Source of the DNA: the human T2T-CHM13v2.0 reference genome, Homo sapiens
DNA: 64,000 nt
Direction: 5' to 3' (one strand)
Assembly (NCBI RefSeq): GCF_009914755.1
Contig: NC_060925.1
Position 1 is the stretch's first letter. The number at the start of each line of letters is the position of its first letter. The translations under genes were made by a program, and so were the position numbers. The notes below the pieces were generated by a model, which saw only the letters and a program-made list of their open reading frames with translations, did no database searches and was not told the DNA's origin. This document shows positions 1-12,700 of the stretch, one piece after another.

Positions 1-163
1 CTGGGTGTTCAGTGTAGAGATATGTCACAATGCCCCCATAGGCAGAGCCTAGACAAAAGTCTCATCACCTGGGTGATCAGTGCAGAGATATGTCACAAAG
101 CCCCTGTAGGCAGAGCCTATACAAGAGTTACATCACTTTGTTGATAAGTTGAGAGATGTGTCA
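1..163 (+). repeat. Beta-satellite (68-bp Sau3A/BSR) monomers, about 2.4 copies, running off the window start
   Basis: Tandem ~68-bp units of the form catcacctgggtgatcagtgcagagatatgtcacaatgcccctgtaggcagagcctagacaagagtta. Abrupt switch to GC-rich D4Z4 sequence after ...gagatgtgtca at ~163. Confidence 0.93.
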
Positions 164-773
164 TGCTGACTGTTTGCTCCCAGAGCTCTGCGGGCACCCG
201 GAAACATGCAGGGAAGGGTGGAAGACCCGAATGGTGCCTTCGCTCTCCTTGCCAGTTTCCAAACCGGCCACACTGCAGACTCCCCATGTTGCCGCACACG
301 GGAATCCATCGTCAGGCCATCACGCTGGGGAGGCACCTTCTCTCTGGGGTCTCGCTCTGGTCTCCTACATGGAAATTAACGAGAGCCACACGCCTGGGAG
401 TGTGAGACTGTCCTGGCAACGGCGACTGCCACAGGCACTGCCTCCTTCACGGAGAGAGGGCCTGGAACACTCAAGACTCCCACGGAGGTTAAGGTTTACA
501 CTCCCCTCCACCCTCCCAGGCCGGTTTCTCCCTGCTGAAGAGGCGTGGGAGCCCAGAGATCGGCTTCCATTTCCCGTGGGATTCCTGGAGAGGTCCGGAG
601 AGCCAGCCCGCGAAATGCGCCCGCCTCACCCCTTCCCCCTCACCCCCTTCCTCTTCGTGTCTCTGGCCTCACCAGCGACATCACCACGCCCTCCCCCCCC
701 ACCACCCCCAGGCCGCAGGCCTCGACGCCCTGGAACCCTTCCGGGGTGGGGTGGGCATTCCCAGGGTTCACCG

Positions 774-2223
<1,450 letters not shown>

Positions 2224-2362
2224 GACGCGGGGTTGGGACGTGGTCGGGTCGGGGCAGGGCGGTGGCCTCTCTTTCCCAGAGAACACCTGGCTGGCTATGG
2301 AGGGTTGTATCTTCCCCCGCCCCCACAACCGGGCTGACCAGCCTGGGATTCCTGCCTTCTAG

Positions 2363-2454
2363 GTCTAGGCCCAGTGAGAGGCTTCACACAGTGGAGAACA
2401 GCCATTCTTTCCTGGGCATCCTGGGGATCCCAGAGCCAGCCCAGGTACCAGCAG
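2363..2454 (+). other. Homolog of DUX4 3' UTR exon 2, containing the KpnI site
   Basis: Acceptor cctgccttctag|gtctaggc at 2362/2363 and donor cagcag|gtgggc at 2454/2455. The intron-1 donor gcggg|gttggg is preserved at 2231/2232. Confidence 0.75.
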
Positions 2455-2740
2455 GTGGGCCGCCTACTGTTCAAGTGCATGTTGCGGGGTAGCCGCCTGG
2501 GCTTTGGGAGCAGCCCGGGCAGAGATCTCATGCCTTTCCACCACCCCAACCCCGCCTGACCAACACCCCACACCCCCACCCCCCATCCACGGAAAATGCG
2601 TCCTCCCCTGGGCAGGGTGGAGACCCCCGTCCCATGAAACACTGGGCCCGCGCAGCGTCCAGGCCTGACACGCCTCCGGCGGCTCACCTCCTCTGCGCCT
2701 CTGAGCCACCGTCGTCGGCCCGCCCGTGCCCCTGCAGCCT

Positions 2741-3010
2741 CCCAGCTACCACCTTGGAGCGCCTGGCGGCAGAACGCAGACCTCTAGCTCTCTTTGCCAG
2801 CCTCCTGGCTAGACCTGCGCTCATTGCGCACCCCGGCTGATGTGCAAGGCAGCCCGCTGGCCTCTCTTTGTCCTTGTCTGTCTGTGAAATTCCGGCTGAG
2901 GCTCTCCCAACACCTTGCGATGCTCTTAAGTCAAAGCCTGGAGAATACTTACATCTCCTGGATGATCGGTTCAGAAGTATGTCACAATGCCCCCTCCCTG
3001 CAGAGCTTAG
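2741..3010 (+). other. pLAM-like region / DUX4 exon 3 homolog, merging into beta satellite, without the ATTAAA signal
   Basis: Acceptor cctggctag|acctgcgc at 2812/2813, then ccccggctga..gtgcaagg..gtgaaattc..ttacatctcctggatgat..ttcaga..atgccccctccctg as in pLAM. The hexamer position reads GTCACA (2981-2986). Confidence 0.82.
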
Positions 3011-6000
3011 AGACGATTTGCATCATTTGGGTGATCAGTGCAGAGATATATCACAAGGTCCCCTGTACAAAAAGCCTGGAAATGATTTACATCACCTCAT
3101 TGATCAGTGCATAGGTGTGTCAGAAATCCCCAGTAGGCTGAACCTAGAAAAGGGTCACATCATTTAGGTGATCAGTGTAGAGATATGTGAAAATTCCCGT
3201 GTAGACAGAGCCTAGACAAGTGTTACATCACCTAGTGATCAGTGCAGGGATAAGTCATAAATCCTCCTTTAGGAAGAGTGCAGACAAGTGTTTCCTCCCT
3301 GGGGTGATCAGTGCAGAGCTATGTCACAAATCCCCTGTAAGCAGAACCTTGACAAGGGTTACATCACCTGTTTGATCAGTGGAAATGTATATCACAAAGC
3401 CCCCTGTAGGCAAAGCTCAGACAATTGTTACATCACCTGGGTGAGCATTGGAGAGATCTGATACAATGCCCCTGTAGGCAGAGCTTAGACAAGGGTTACA
3501 TCACCTGGGTCATCAGGGCAGAGATATGTCAAAACGCTCCCGTTGGTTGAACCTAGACAGGAGTTACATCACCTGGGTGATCAGTGCAGAGATGTGTGAG
3601 AATTCCCGTGTAGGCAGAGCCTAGACAAGTGTTAAATCACCTAGGTTATCAGTGCAGGTATAAGTCATAAAGATTCCTGTAGGCAGAGCGTAGACAAGAG
3701 TTCCCTCCCTAGGGTGATCAGTGCAGAGATGTGTCACAAAGCCCCTGTAGGCAGAGCCTAGACAAGAGTTTCATCACCTGTGTGATCAGTGCAGAGATAT
3801 CTCACAATACCCCCTGTAAGCAGAGCCTAGACAAGAGTTATATCACCTGGGTGATCAGTGCAGAGATACGTCATAAATCCCACTGTAGGCAAGCCTAGAC
3901 AAGTTTTACGTCACCTCAGCGATCAGTGCAGAGATATGTCCCAATGTCCCTCTACACAGAGCTTAGACAAGTGACACATCTCTTGGGTGATCAGTGCAGA
4001 GATAAGTCACAATGCCCACGTAGACAGAGGCTAGACAAGAGTTAAATAACCCGTGTGATCCGTGCAGAGTGATGTCACAACGCCCTCTGTAGGCAGAGAC
4101 TAGAAAAGAGTTACATCAAATGGGTGATCAGTGCAGAGATATGTCACAATGCCAAATGTAGGCAGAGCATTGAGAAGAGTTGCATCACCTGGGTTATCAG
4201 TGCAGACATATGCCACAATGTCCCCTGTAGGCAGAGCATAGACAAGAGTTCCTTCCCCAGGGTGATCAGTGTAGAGATGTGTCACAAAGCCCCTGTAGGC
4301 AGAGCCTAGACATGAGTTTCATCACTTGGTTGATCAGTTCAGAGATGTATCACAATGTCCATGTAGGCAGATCTCAGACAAGAGTCCATCACCTGGGTGA
4401 TCAGTGCAGAGTTATGTACCAATGTCCCCTGTAGGCAGTGCCTAGACAAGAGTTGCATCACCTCAGAGATCAGTGCATAGATATGTCACAAAGCCTTCTG
4501 TAGGCAAAGCCCATACAAAGCTTATATCACCTAGGTGATCAGTGCAGTGATATGTCACAAAAATCCCTGTAGACAGAGCCTAGAAAAGAGGTACATCACC
4601 TGGGTGATCAGTGCAGATATTTGACACAATGCCCCCATAGACAGAGCCTAGACAAGACTTCCATCACCTGGGTGATCAGTGCAGAGGTATGTCACAAACC
4701 CCTTCTAGGCAGAGTATAGAGAAGAGTCGCATCACCTGGGTGATCAGTGCAGAGATGTTTCACAATGCCCCTGTAGGCAGAGAGTGGACAAGTGTTATAT
4801 AACCTAGGTGAGCTGTGCAGAGCTATGTCAAAACGCCCCTGTAGGAAGAGCCTAGATAAATGTTACATCACCTGGGTGATCAGTGCAGAGATACGTCACA
4901 ATACCCCCTGTAGGTGGAGCCTAGACAAGAGTTACTTCACCTGGGTGATCTGTACAGACATATGTCACAAAGACCCTGTAGGCCGAGCCTAGACAAGTGT
5001 TACATCTCTTGGGTGATCAGTGCAACGATATGTCACAAAGCACCCTGTAGACAAATACCAGAAAATTGTTACATCACCTGGGTGATCAGTGGAGATATCT
5101 TTCACAATTCCCCTTTTGGCGCAGCTTAGACAAGCGTTACATCATATGAGTGATCAGTGCTGAGATATGTCATTATGCCCCCATAGGCAGATCCAAGACA
5201 AGAGTCCATCACCTGGGTGATCAGTGCAGAAATATGCCGCAATGCCACCAGTAGGCAGATATAGACAAGAGTTACATCACCTGCATGATCAATGCAGAGA
5301 TATGTCACAATGCTCCTGTAGGCAGAGCCTAGACAAGAGTCCCATCACCTGGGTGATCAGTGCAGAGTTATATCACAATGCCCCATTTTGGCAGAGCCTA
5401 GACAAGGATTACATCACCTGGGTGATCAGTGCAGAGATATATCACAATGCCACTGTAGGTAGAGCCTAGACAAGAGATACATGACCTATATTATCAGTGC
5501 AGAGATACATAGCAAACCCCTTGTAGGCAGAGCTTTGACAAGTGGTACATCACCTGGGTGATCATTGCAGGGGTATGTCACAAAGCACCGTGTAGGCGGA
5601 TCCTAGACAAGAGATACATCACCTGGGTGATCAGTGCAGAGATGTGTCACAAGCCCCCTGTAGGCAGAGCCTAGACAAAGGTTATATCACCTGTGTGATC
5701 AGTGCAGTGATATGTCACAATGCCATGTAGCCCGAGCTTAGAGAAAAGTTACAACACGTGAGAGATCAGTGCAGAGATATGTCACAATGCCCCCAGTAGG
5801 CAGAGCCCAGACAACAGTTGGATCACCTTGGGATCAGTGCAGAGATATGTCTCAACGCCCCTGTGGGCACAGCCTAGAGAAGAATTACATCACCTCGGTT
5901 AACAGTGCAGAGATATGTCAAAATGCCCCTGTAGGCAGAGCCTACACAAGTGTTACATCACTTACGTTATCAGTGCAGAGATATGTTACAATATCCTCTG

Positions 6001-6790
6001 TAAGCAGAACCTAGACAACAGTTACATCACCTGGGTGATCAGTGTAGACATATGTGACAAGGCCCCTTTAAACAGAGCCTAGACAATAGTTACATCAGCT
6101 GAGTGATCAGTACAGAGATCTGTCACAATGCCACTTTAGGCAGAGCTTAGACTAGAGTTACATCACCTGGGTGATCAGTGCAGAGATATGTCACAATGCC
6201 CCCATGGGCAGATCCAAGACAAGAGTCCATCACCTGGGTGATCAATGCAGAAATATGTGACAATGCCCCCAATAGGCAGAGCCTAGAGAAGAGTCCCATC
6301 ACCTCGGTGATCAGTGCAGGGTTATGCCACAAAACCCCCTGTAGGCAGAGCCTAGACAAGACTTAGATCACCTGGTTGATCAGTAAAGAGATATTTCACA
6401 ATGCCTCTGTAGACAATGTGTAACCAAGAGTTACATCAAGTAGATGATCAGTGCAGAGATATGTCACTGGGCCTTCTATAGGTAGAGCCTGGGCAAGAGT
6501 TACATCATCTCAATGATCAATGTAGTGATATGTCACTATGCCCCAGAATTCACAGCCTAGTCAAGCGTTACATCACCTGGGTGATCAGTGCAGGGATATG
6601 TCACAAACACCCCATATACAGAGCCTAGACAAGAGTCCCAACACCTGTGTGATCAGTGCAGAAATATGTCATGATGCCCCCTAGGCAGATCCAACACAAG
6701 AGTTACATAACCTGGGTGATCAGTGAAGAGATATGTCACAATGCCACTGTAGGCAGAGCCTAGACAAAAGTCCTATCACCTGGGTGATCG
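2930..6790 (+). repeat. Beta-satellite (68-bp) array, about 57 diverged monomers
   Basis: Continuous tandem ~68-bp units with a GATC (Sau3A) core in cctgggtgatcagtgcagag, in the same orientation as the array at 1-163. Confidence 0.96.
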
Positions 6791-9700
6791 TGTGTGACAG
6801 ATGGAGACCCTGTTGAAATAAAGGAGTGGAATGGAAGGGATTGGAATGGAATGGAATGGATAGGAGTGGAGTGAAGTGGGATTGAGTGGAGTGGAGTGGA
6901 GTGGAGTGCATTGGAATGGAATGGAATGGAATGGTGAAATTATGGGTTGAGATTGTGCCACTGCACACTATCCTGGGTGACAGAGTGAGATACTGTCAAA
7001 AGAAAGTACTGGAATGGAATGGAGTGGAATGGAATGGAATGGAGTGGAATGGAATGTAATGGAATTGAGAGAAGTAGAATGGAGTGGAGCAGAAAGGAGT
7101 GGAATGGGAAGGAAAGAAAAGGACAGGAGTGGACTGGACTGGGGTGGAGTGGAGTGGAATGGATTGGAGTGGAGTGGAGTGGATTGGAATTTAATGGAGT
7201 AGAATGCAATGGAATGGTGAAATGAAATGTGAGCTGAGATTCTGCCACTGTGCTCCAGGCTGGGTGACAGAGTGAGATACTCTCGAAAGAAAGGAATGGA
7301 ATTGAATGCAGTGGAATGGAATGGCATGGTTTGGAGTGGAGTGGAGTGGAGCGGAGTGGAGTGGAGTGAAGTGGAGTAGAGTGCAATCGAAAGGAATGGA
7401 AAAAGATGGAATGGAATGGAATGAAGAGGAGTGGAGTGGGGTGGAGTGGAGTGCAGTGGTATGGAGCGGAATGGAATGGGATGGATTGGAATAGAGTGGA
7501 GTGGAGTGCAGTGGAGTGGAGAGGGCTGGAATGGAGTGGAATGGGATCGGGTGTAATGGAATGTAGTGCAGTGCAGGGGAGTGGAGTGGAACAGAGTGGA
7601 ATGGAATGGAATTGAATGGAATGGAATAGAATGGAAAGGACTGGAATGGAATGGAATGCAATGGAATGCAATGGAATAGAATGCAAAGCAATGGAAAGAT
7701 GACATGTAACGTGAGCTGAGATTGTGCCACTGCACTCCAGCCAGGGTGACACAGTGATATCCTGTTGAAAGAAATGAATGGAATGCAACGGAGTGGAATG
7801 GAGTGGAGTTGAGTGGAATGGAAAGGGAAGGAGTGGAACGGAATGGAGTGTAGTGGGGTGGAGTGAAATAGAGTGGAATGGAATAGGATGGAATGGAATG
7901 CAATGGAATGGTGAAAAGAAATGTCAGCTGAGACTGTGCCACTGCACTCCAGCCTTTGTGACATAGTGAGATCCTGTGGAAAGAAATGAATGGAATGGAA
8001 TGGAGCGGAATGGAATGCAGTGGAGTGGAGTGGAGAGGAGTGGAGTGGAGTGGAGAGGAATGGAGTGGAGTGGAGTGAAATGGAATTGAGTGGAGTGGAA
8101 TGGAGTGGAGTAGAGTGGAATGGAATGGAGTGGAGTGGAGAGGAATGGAGTGTCATGCAGTGGAATGCAGTGGAGTGGAATGGAGTGGCATGGAGTGGAA
8201 TGCAGTGGAGTGGAGTGGAATGGAGACGAGTGGACTGGAGTGAAGTAGAGTGGAATGGAATGGAGTGGAGTGGAATGGATTGACATGGATTGGAATGGAG
8301 TGGAGTGGACTGGAGTGGAATGGAATGAAATGGTGAAAATAAATGTGTGACACAGGGAGATCCTGTTGAAAGAAATGAGTGGAGTAGAAGGGATTGGAAT
8401 GGAATAGAATGGAATTGATTGGAGTAGAGTGGAATGGAATTGACTGGAGTGGAGTGGAGTGCAGTGGAATGGAATGGAATGGAGTGGAATGGTGAAATGA
8501 AATGTGAGCTGAGATCGTGCCACTGCATACCAGCCTGGTTGATAGAGTGAGATCCTGTCAAAAGAAAGGAATGGAATGGAATGGAGTGGAATGGAATGGA
8601 TTGGAGTGGAGTGGAGGGGAGTGGAGTGGAAAGGAATGGAAGGGAATGGGATGGAATGGAAAGGACTGGAATGGACTGGAATGGAGTGGAGTGGAGGGGA
8701 ACGTACTGGAGTGGAGTGGTGTGGAATAGAAAGGAAGAGAATGGAATGGAATGGTGAAATGTAATATGAGCTGAGATTGTGCCACCACGCTCCAGGCTGG
8801 GTGACAGAGTGAGATACTCTCGAAAGAAAGGAAAGGAATGGAATGCAGTGTAATGGAATGGAATGGAGTGGACTGGAGAGGAGTGGAGTGGAGTGAAGTG
8901 GAGTGGAGTGGAATGGAGAGTAATGGAATGAGATGGAATGGAATGGAATGAAGAGGAATAGAGTGGGGTGGAGTGGAGTGCAGTCGAATGGAGCGGAATG
9001 GAATGGGATGGAGTGGAATGGAGTGGAGTGGAGTGCAGTGGAGTGGAGACGAGTGGAATAGAGTGGAATGGAATCAGATGAAATGGAATGTAGAGGAGTG
9101 GAGAGGAGTGGAGTCGAACGGAGTGGAATGGAATGGAATGGAATGGAAAGGAATGGAATGCAATTGAATGCAAAGCAATGGAAAGTTGACATGTAAGGTG
9201 AGCTGAGATAGTGTCACTGCACTCCACCCTGGGTGACACGGTGATATCCTGTGGAAAAGAAGCTATGGAATGCAATGGAGTGAAATGGTATGGAACGGAA
9301 TGGAATGGAGTTGAGTGGAGTGGAGTGGAGTTTAGTGGAATGTTGTCGAATGGAATGGGATGGAGTGGAATGGAATGCAGTGGAGTGGAGTGGAGTGAAA
9401 TAGAGAGGAATGGAATGGGATTGAATGGAATGCAAAGGAATGGTGAAAAGAAATGTGAACTAAGATTGTGCCACTGCACTGCAGCCTCTGTGACAGAGTG
9501 AGATCCTTTGGAAAGAAAGGAAAGAAATGGTATGGAATGGAATGGAGTGGAGTGGAGTGGCGTGGAATGGAATGGAATGGAATGGAGTGGAGTGGAATGG
9601 AATGGAATGGACTGGAATGGAATGAAATGGAAAGCAATGGAATGCAATGGAATAGAATGCAGTGAAATAGAAAGTTGACATGTAATGTGAACAGAGATTG

Positions 9701-12700
9701 TGCCACTGCACTCCAGCCTGGTGACACAGTGATATCCTGTTGAAAGAAAGGAATGGAATGCAATGGAGTGAAATGGAATGGAATGGAGTGGAGAGGAGTG
9801 GAGTGGAGTGGATTAAAGTGGAGTGGAGTGGAATGCAATGGATTGGAATAGGGTGGAGAGGAATGGAATGGAGTGGAATGGAATGGTATGGAACGGAGCA
9901 GAGTGGAGTGGAATGGAGAGGAATGGAGTGGAGTGGAGTGGAATGCAATCAAATGGAATGTAATGGAAAGGAATGGAATGGAGTGGAATTGAATGAAATG
10001 GAATGGAGTGGAGTGGAATGGAGTGGAGTGGAGAGGAATGGGGTGGAGAGGACTGGAATGGAGTGGAGTGGAGTGGAATGGAATGGAGGGAATGGAATGG
10101 CATAGATTGGAATGGAGTGGAAAAGAGTGGAATGGAATGTAGTGGAATGAAATGGAGTGGAGTGCACTGGAGTAGAGTGGAATGGAATGCAGTGGAGTGG
10201 AATGGAATGTAGTGTAATAGAATGGAATGGAATGGAACGGAATGGAATGGAATGGAATGAAATGGTGAAAAGAAATGTGTGCTGAGACTGTGCCAATGCA
10301 CTACAGCCTGTGTGACAGAGTGAGATCCTGTCGAAAGAAAGTCTTGGAATTGAAGGGATTGGAATGGAATGAATTGGACTGGAGTGGAGTCGAATTGAGT
10401 GGAGTGGAGTGCAGTGGAGTGCAGTGGAATAGAACGGAATGGAATGGAATGCTGAAGTGAAATGTGAGATGAGACTGTGCCACTGCACACCAGCCTGGGT
10501 GACAGAGTGAGATTCTGTCAAAAGAAAGGAATGGAAAGGAATGGAGTGGAATGGAATGGAATGGAGTGGAGTGGAGTAGAGTGGAGTGGAAAGGAGTGGA
10601 ATGGCGTGGGATGGAATGGAGTGTAGTGGAGTGGAGTGGACTGGAATGGAGTGGAGTGGAGTGGAGTTGAAAGGAGTGGAATGGCGTGGGATGGAATGGA
10701 GTGTAGTGGAGTGGACTGGAATGGAGTGGAGTGGAGTGGAATGGATTGGAGTGGAGTGGAGAAGAGTGGAGTGGAGTGGAGAAGAGTGGAGTGAAGTGGA
10801 ATGGAATGGAATGGAATGGAAACGTGAAATGAAATGTGACCCGAGATTGTGTCACTGTGCTCACAGGCTGGGTGGCAGAGTGAGATTCTTTCAAAAGAAA
10901 GGAATAGAATTTAATGCAGTGGAATGGAATGGAGTGGACTGCAGTGGAATGGAGTGGGGTGAAGTGGAGTAGACTGGAATGGGATGGAATGGAATGGAAT
11001 GAAATGGAGATGAGTGGGGTGGAGGGGATTGCAGTGGAATGGAGCAGATTGGAATGGGAAGGAGTGGAATGGAGTGGAGTGCAGTGGAGAGGAGAGGAGT
11101 GGAATGGAGTGGAATGGAATCGGATGTAATGGAATTAAGTGGAGTGGAGTGGAGTCGAACGGAGTGGTACTGAATGGAATTGAATGGAATGGAATGGAAT
11201 GATGAAATGAAATGTGATCTAAGATTGTGCCACTGAACTCCAGTCTGGTTGATAGAGTGAGATCCAGTAGAAATAAAGGAACGGAATGGAATGGAGAAGA
11301 ATGGAATGGAATGGAGTGGAGTGCAGTGGAATAGAGTAGAGTGGAATGGAGAGGACTGGAATGGAGAGGAATGGAATGGCATGGAATGGAATGGAATGGA
11401 GTGGAGTGGAGGGGAGTAGAGTGGAATGGAGTGGAGTGGAATGGAGTGGACTGGAATGGAGTGGAGTGGAGAGGAGTAGAGTGGAATGGAGTGGAGTGGA
11501 ATGGAATGGAAAGGAGTGGAGTGGAATGGAATGGCATGGAATGGAGTGGAATGGAATGGAATGGAGTGGAGTGGAGAGGAATAGAGTTGAGTGGAGTAGA
11601 GCGGAATGGAGTGGAGTAGAATGGAATGGAAAGGAGTGGAATGGAATGGAATGGAATGGAATGGAGTGCAATGGAACGGAATGGAGTGGAATGGAATGGA
11701 GTGGGGTGGAGTGGAGTGCAGTGGAGTGGAATGGAGTGGAATGGAGTGAAATGCAGTGGAGTGGAATGGGGTGGAATGGAGTGGAGTCCAATGGAATGGG
11801 ATGGAGTGGAATGGAACGGAGTGGAGTGGAACGGAATGGAGTGGAGTGGAGTGGAATGGAATAGAGTGGAATGGAATGCGATGGAATGGAATACTATGGA
11901 ATGGTGAAAAGAAATGTGAGCTGAAATTGTGACACTGCACTCCAGTTTTGTGACAGAGTGAAATCCTCTGGAAAGAAAGAATGGAATAGAATGGAATGGA
12001 GTGGAATGTAATGCAGTGGAGGGGAGTGGAGTGGAGAAGAATGTAATGCAGTGGAGGGGAGTGGAGTGGAGTGGAGAGGAGTGGAGTGGAATGGAGTGTA
12101 GTGGAGGGGAGTGGCATTGAGTGGAGTGGAGTGGAATAGAGTGGAATGGAATGGAGTGGAGTGGAGTGGAGTGGAGTGGCAAGGAGTGGAATGGAGTGGA
12201 ATGGATTGGAGTGGAATGGAGAGGAGTGGAGTGGAATGGAGTAGAGTGGAATGGAATGGAGTGGAGTGGAGTGGAATGGAGTGGCATGGAGTGGAATGGA
12301 GTGGAGTGGAGGGGAATGGAGAGGAGTGGAGTGGAGAGGAGTGCAGTGGAAGGGATTGGAATGGAAAGGAATAGAGTGGAATGGAGTGGAATCAAATGGT
12401 GAAAAGAAATGTGTGCTGAGATTGTGCCACTGTGCTACAGCCTGTGTGACACAGGAAGATCCTGTCAAAAGAAAGGAGTGGAATGTTAGGGATTGGAATG
12501 GAATGGAAAAGAATGGATTGGAGTGGAGTGGAATGGAATTGAGTGGAGTGGAGTGGAGTGCAGTGGAATGGTGAAATGAAATATGAGCTGAGATTGTGCC
12601 ACTGCACACCAGCCTGGGTGACAGAGTGAGACCCCGTCAAAACAAAGGAATAGAATGGAGTGGAATGGAATGGAGTGGATTGGAGGGAAGTGGAGTGGAA

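Noticed and set aside
2868-6366. Short ORFs with repeated ITWVISAEIC motifs
   Set aside because: Translation of the 68-bp beta-satellite monomer.
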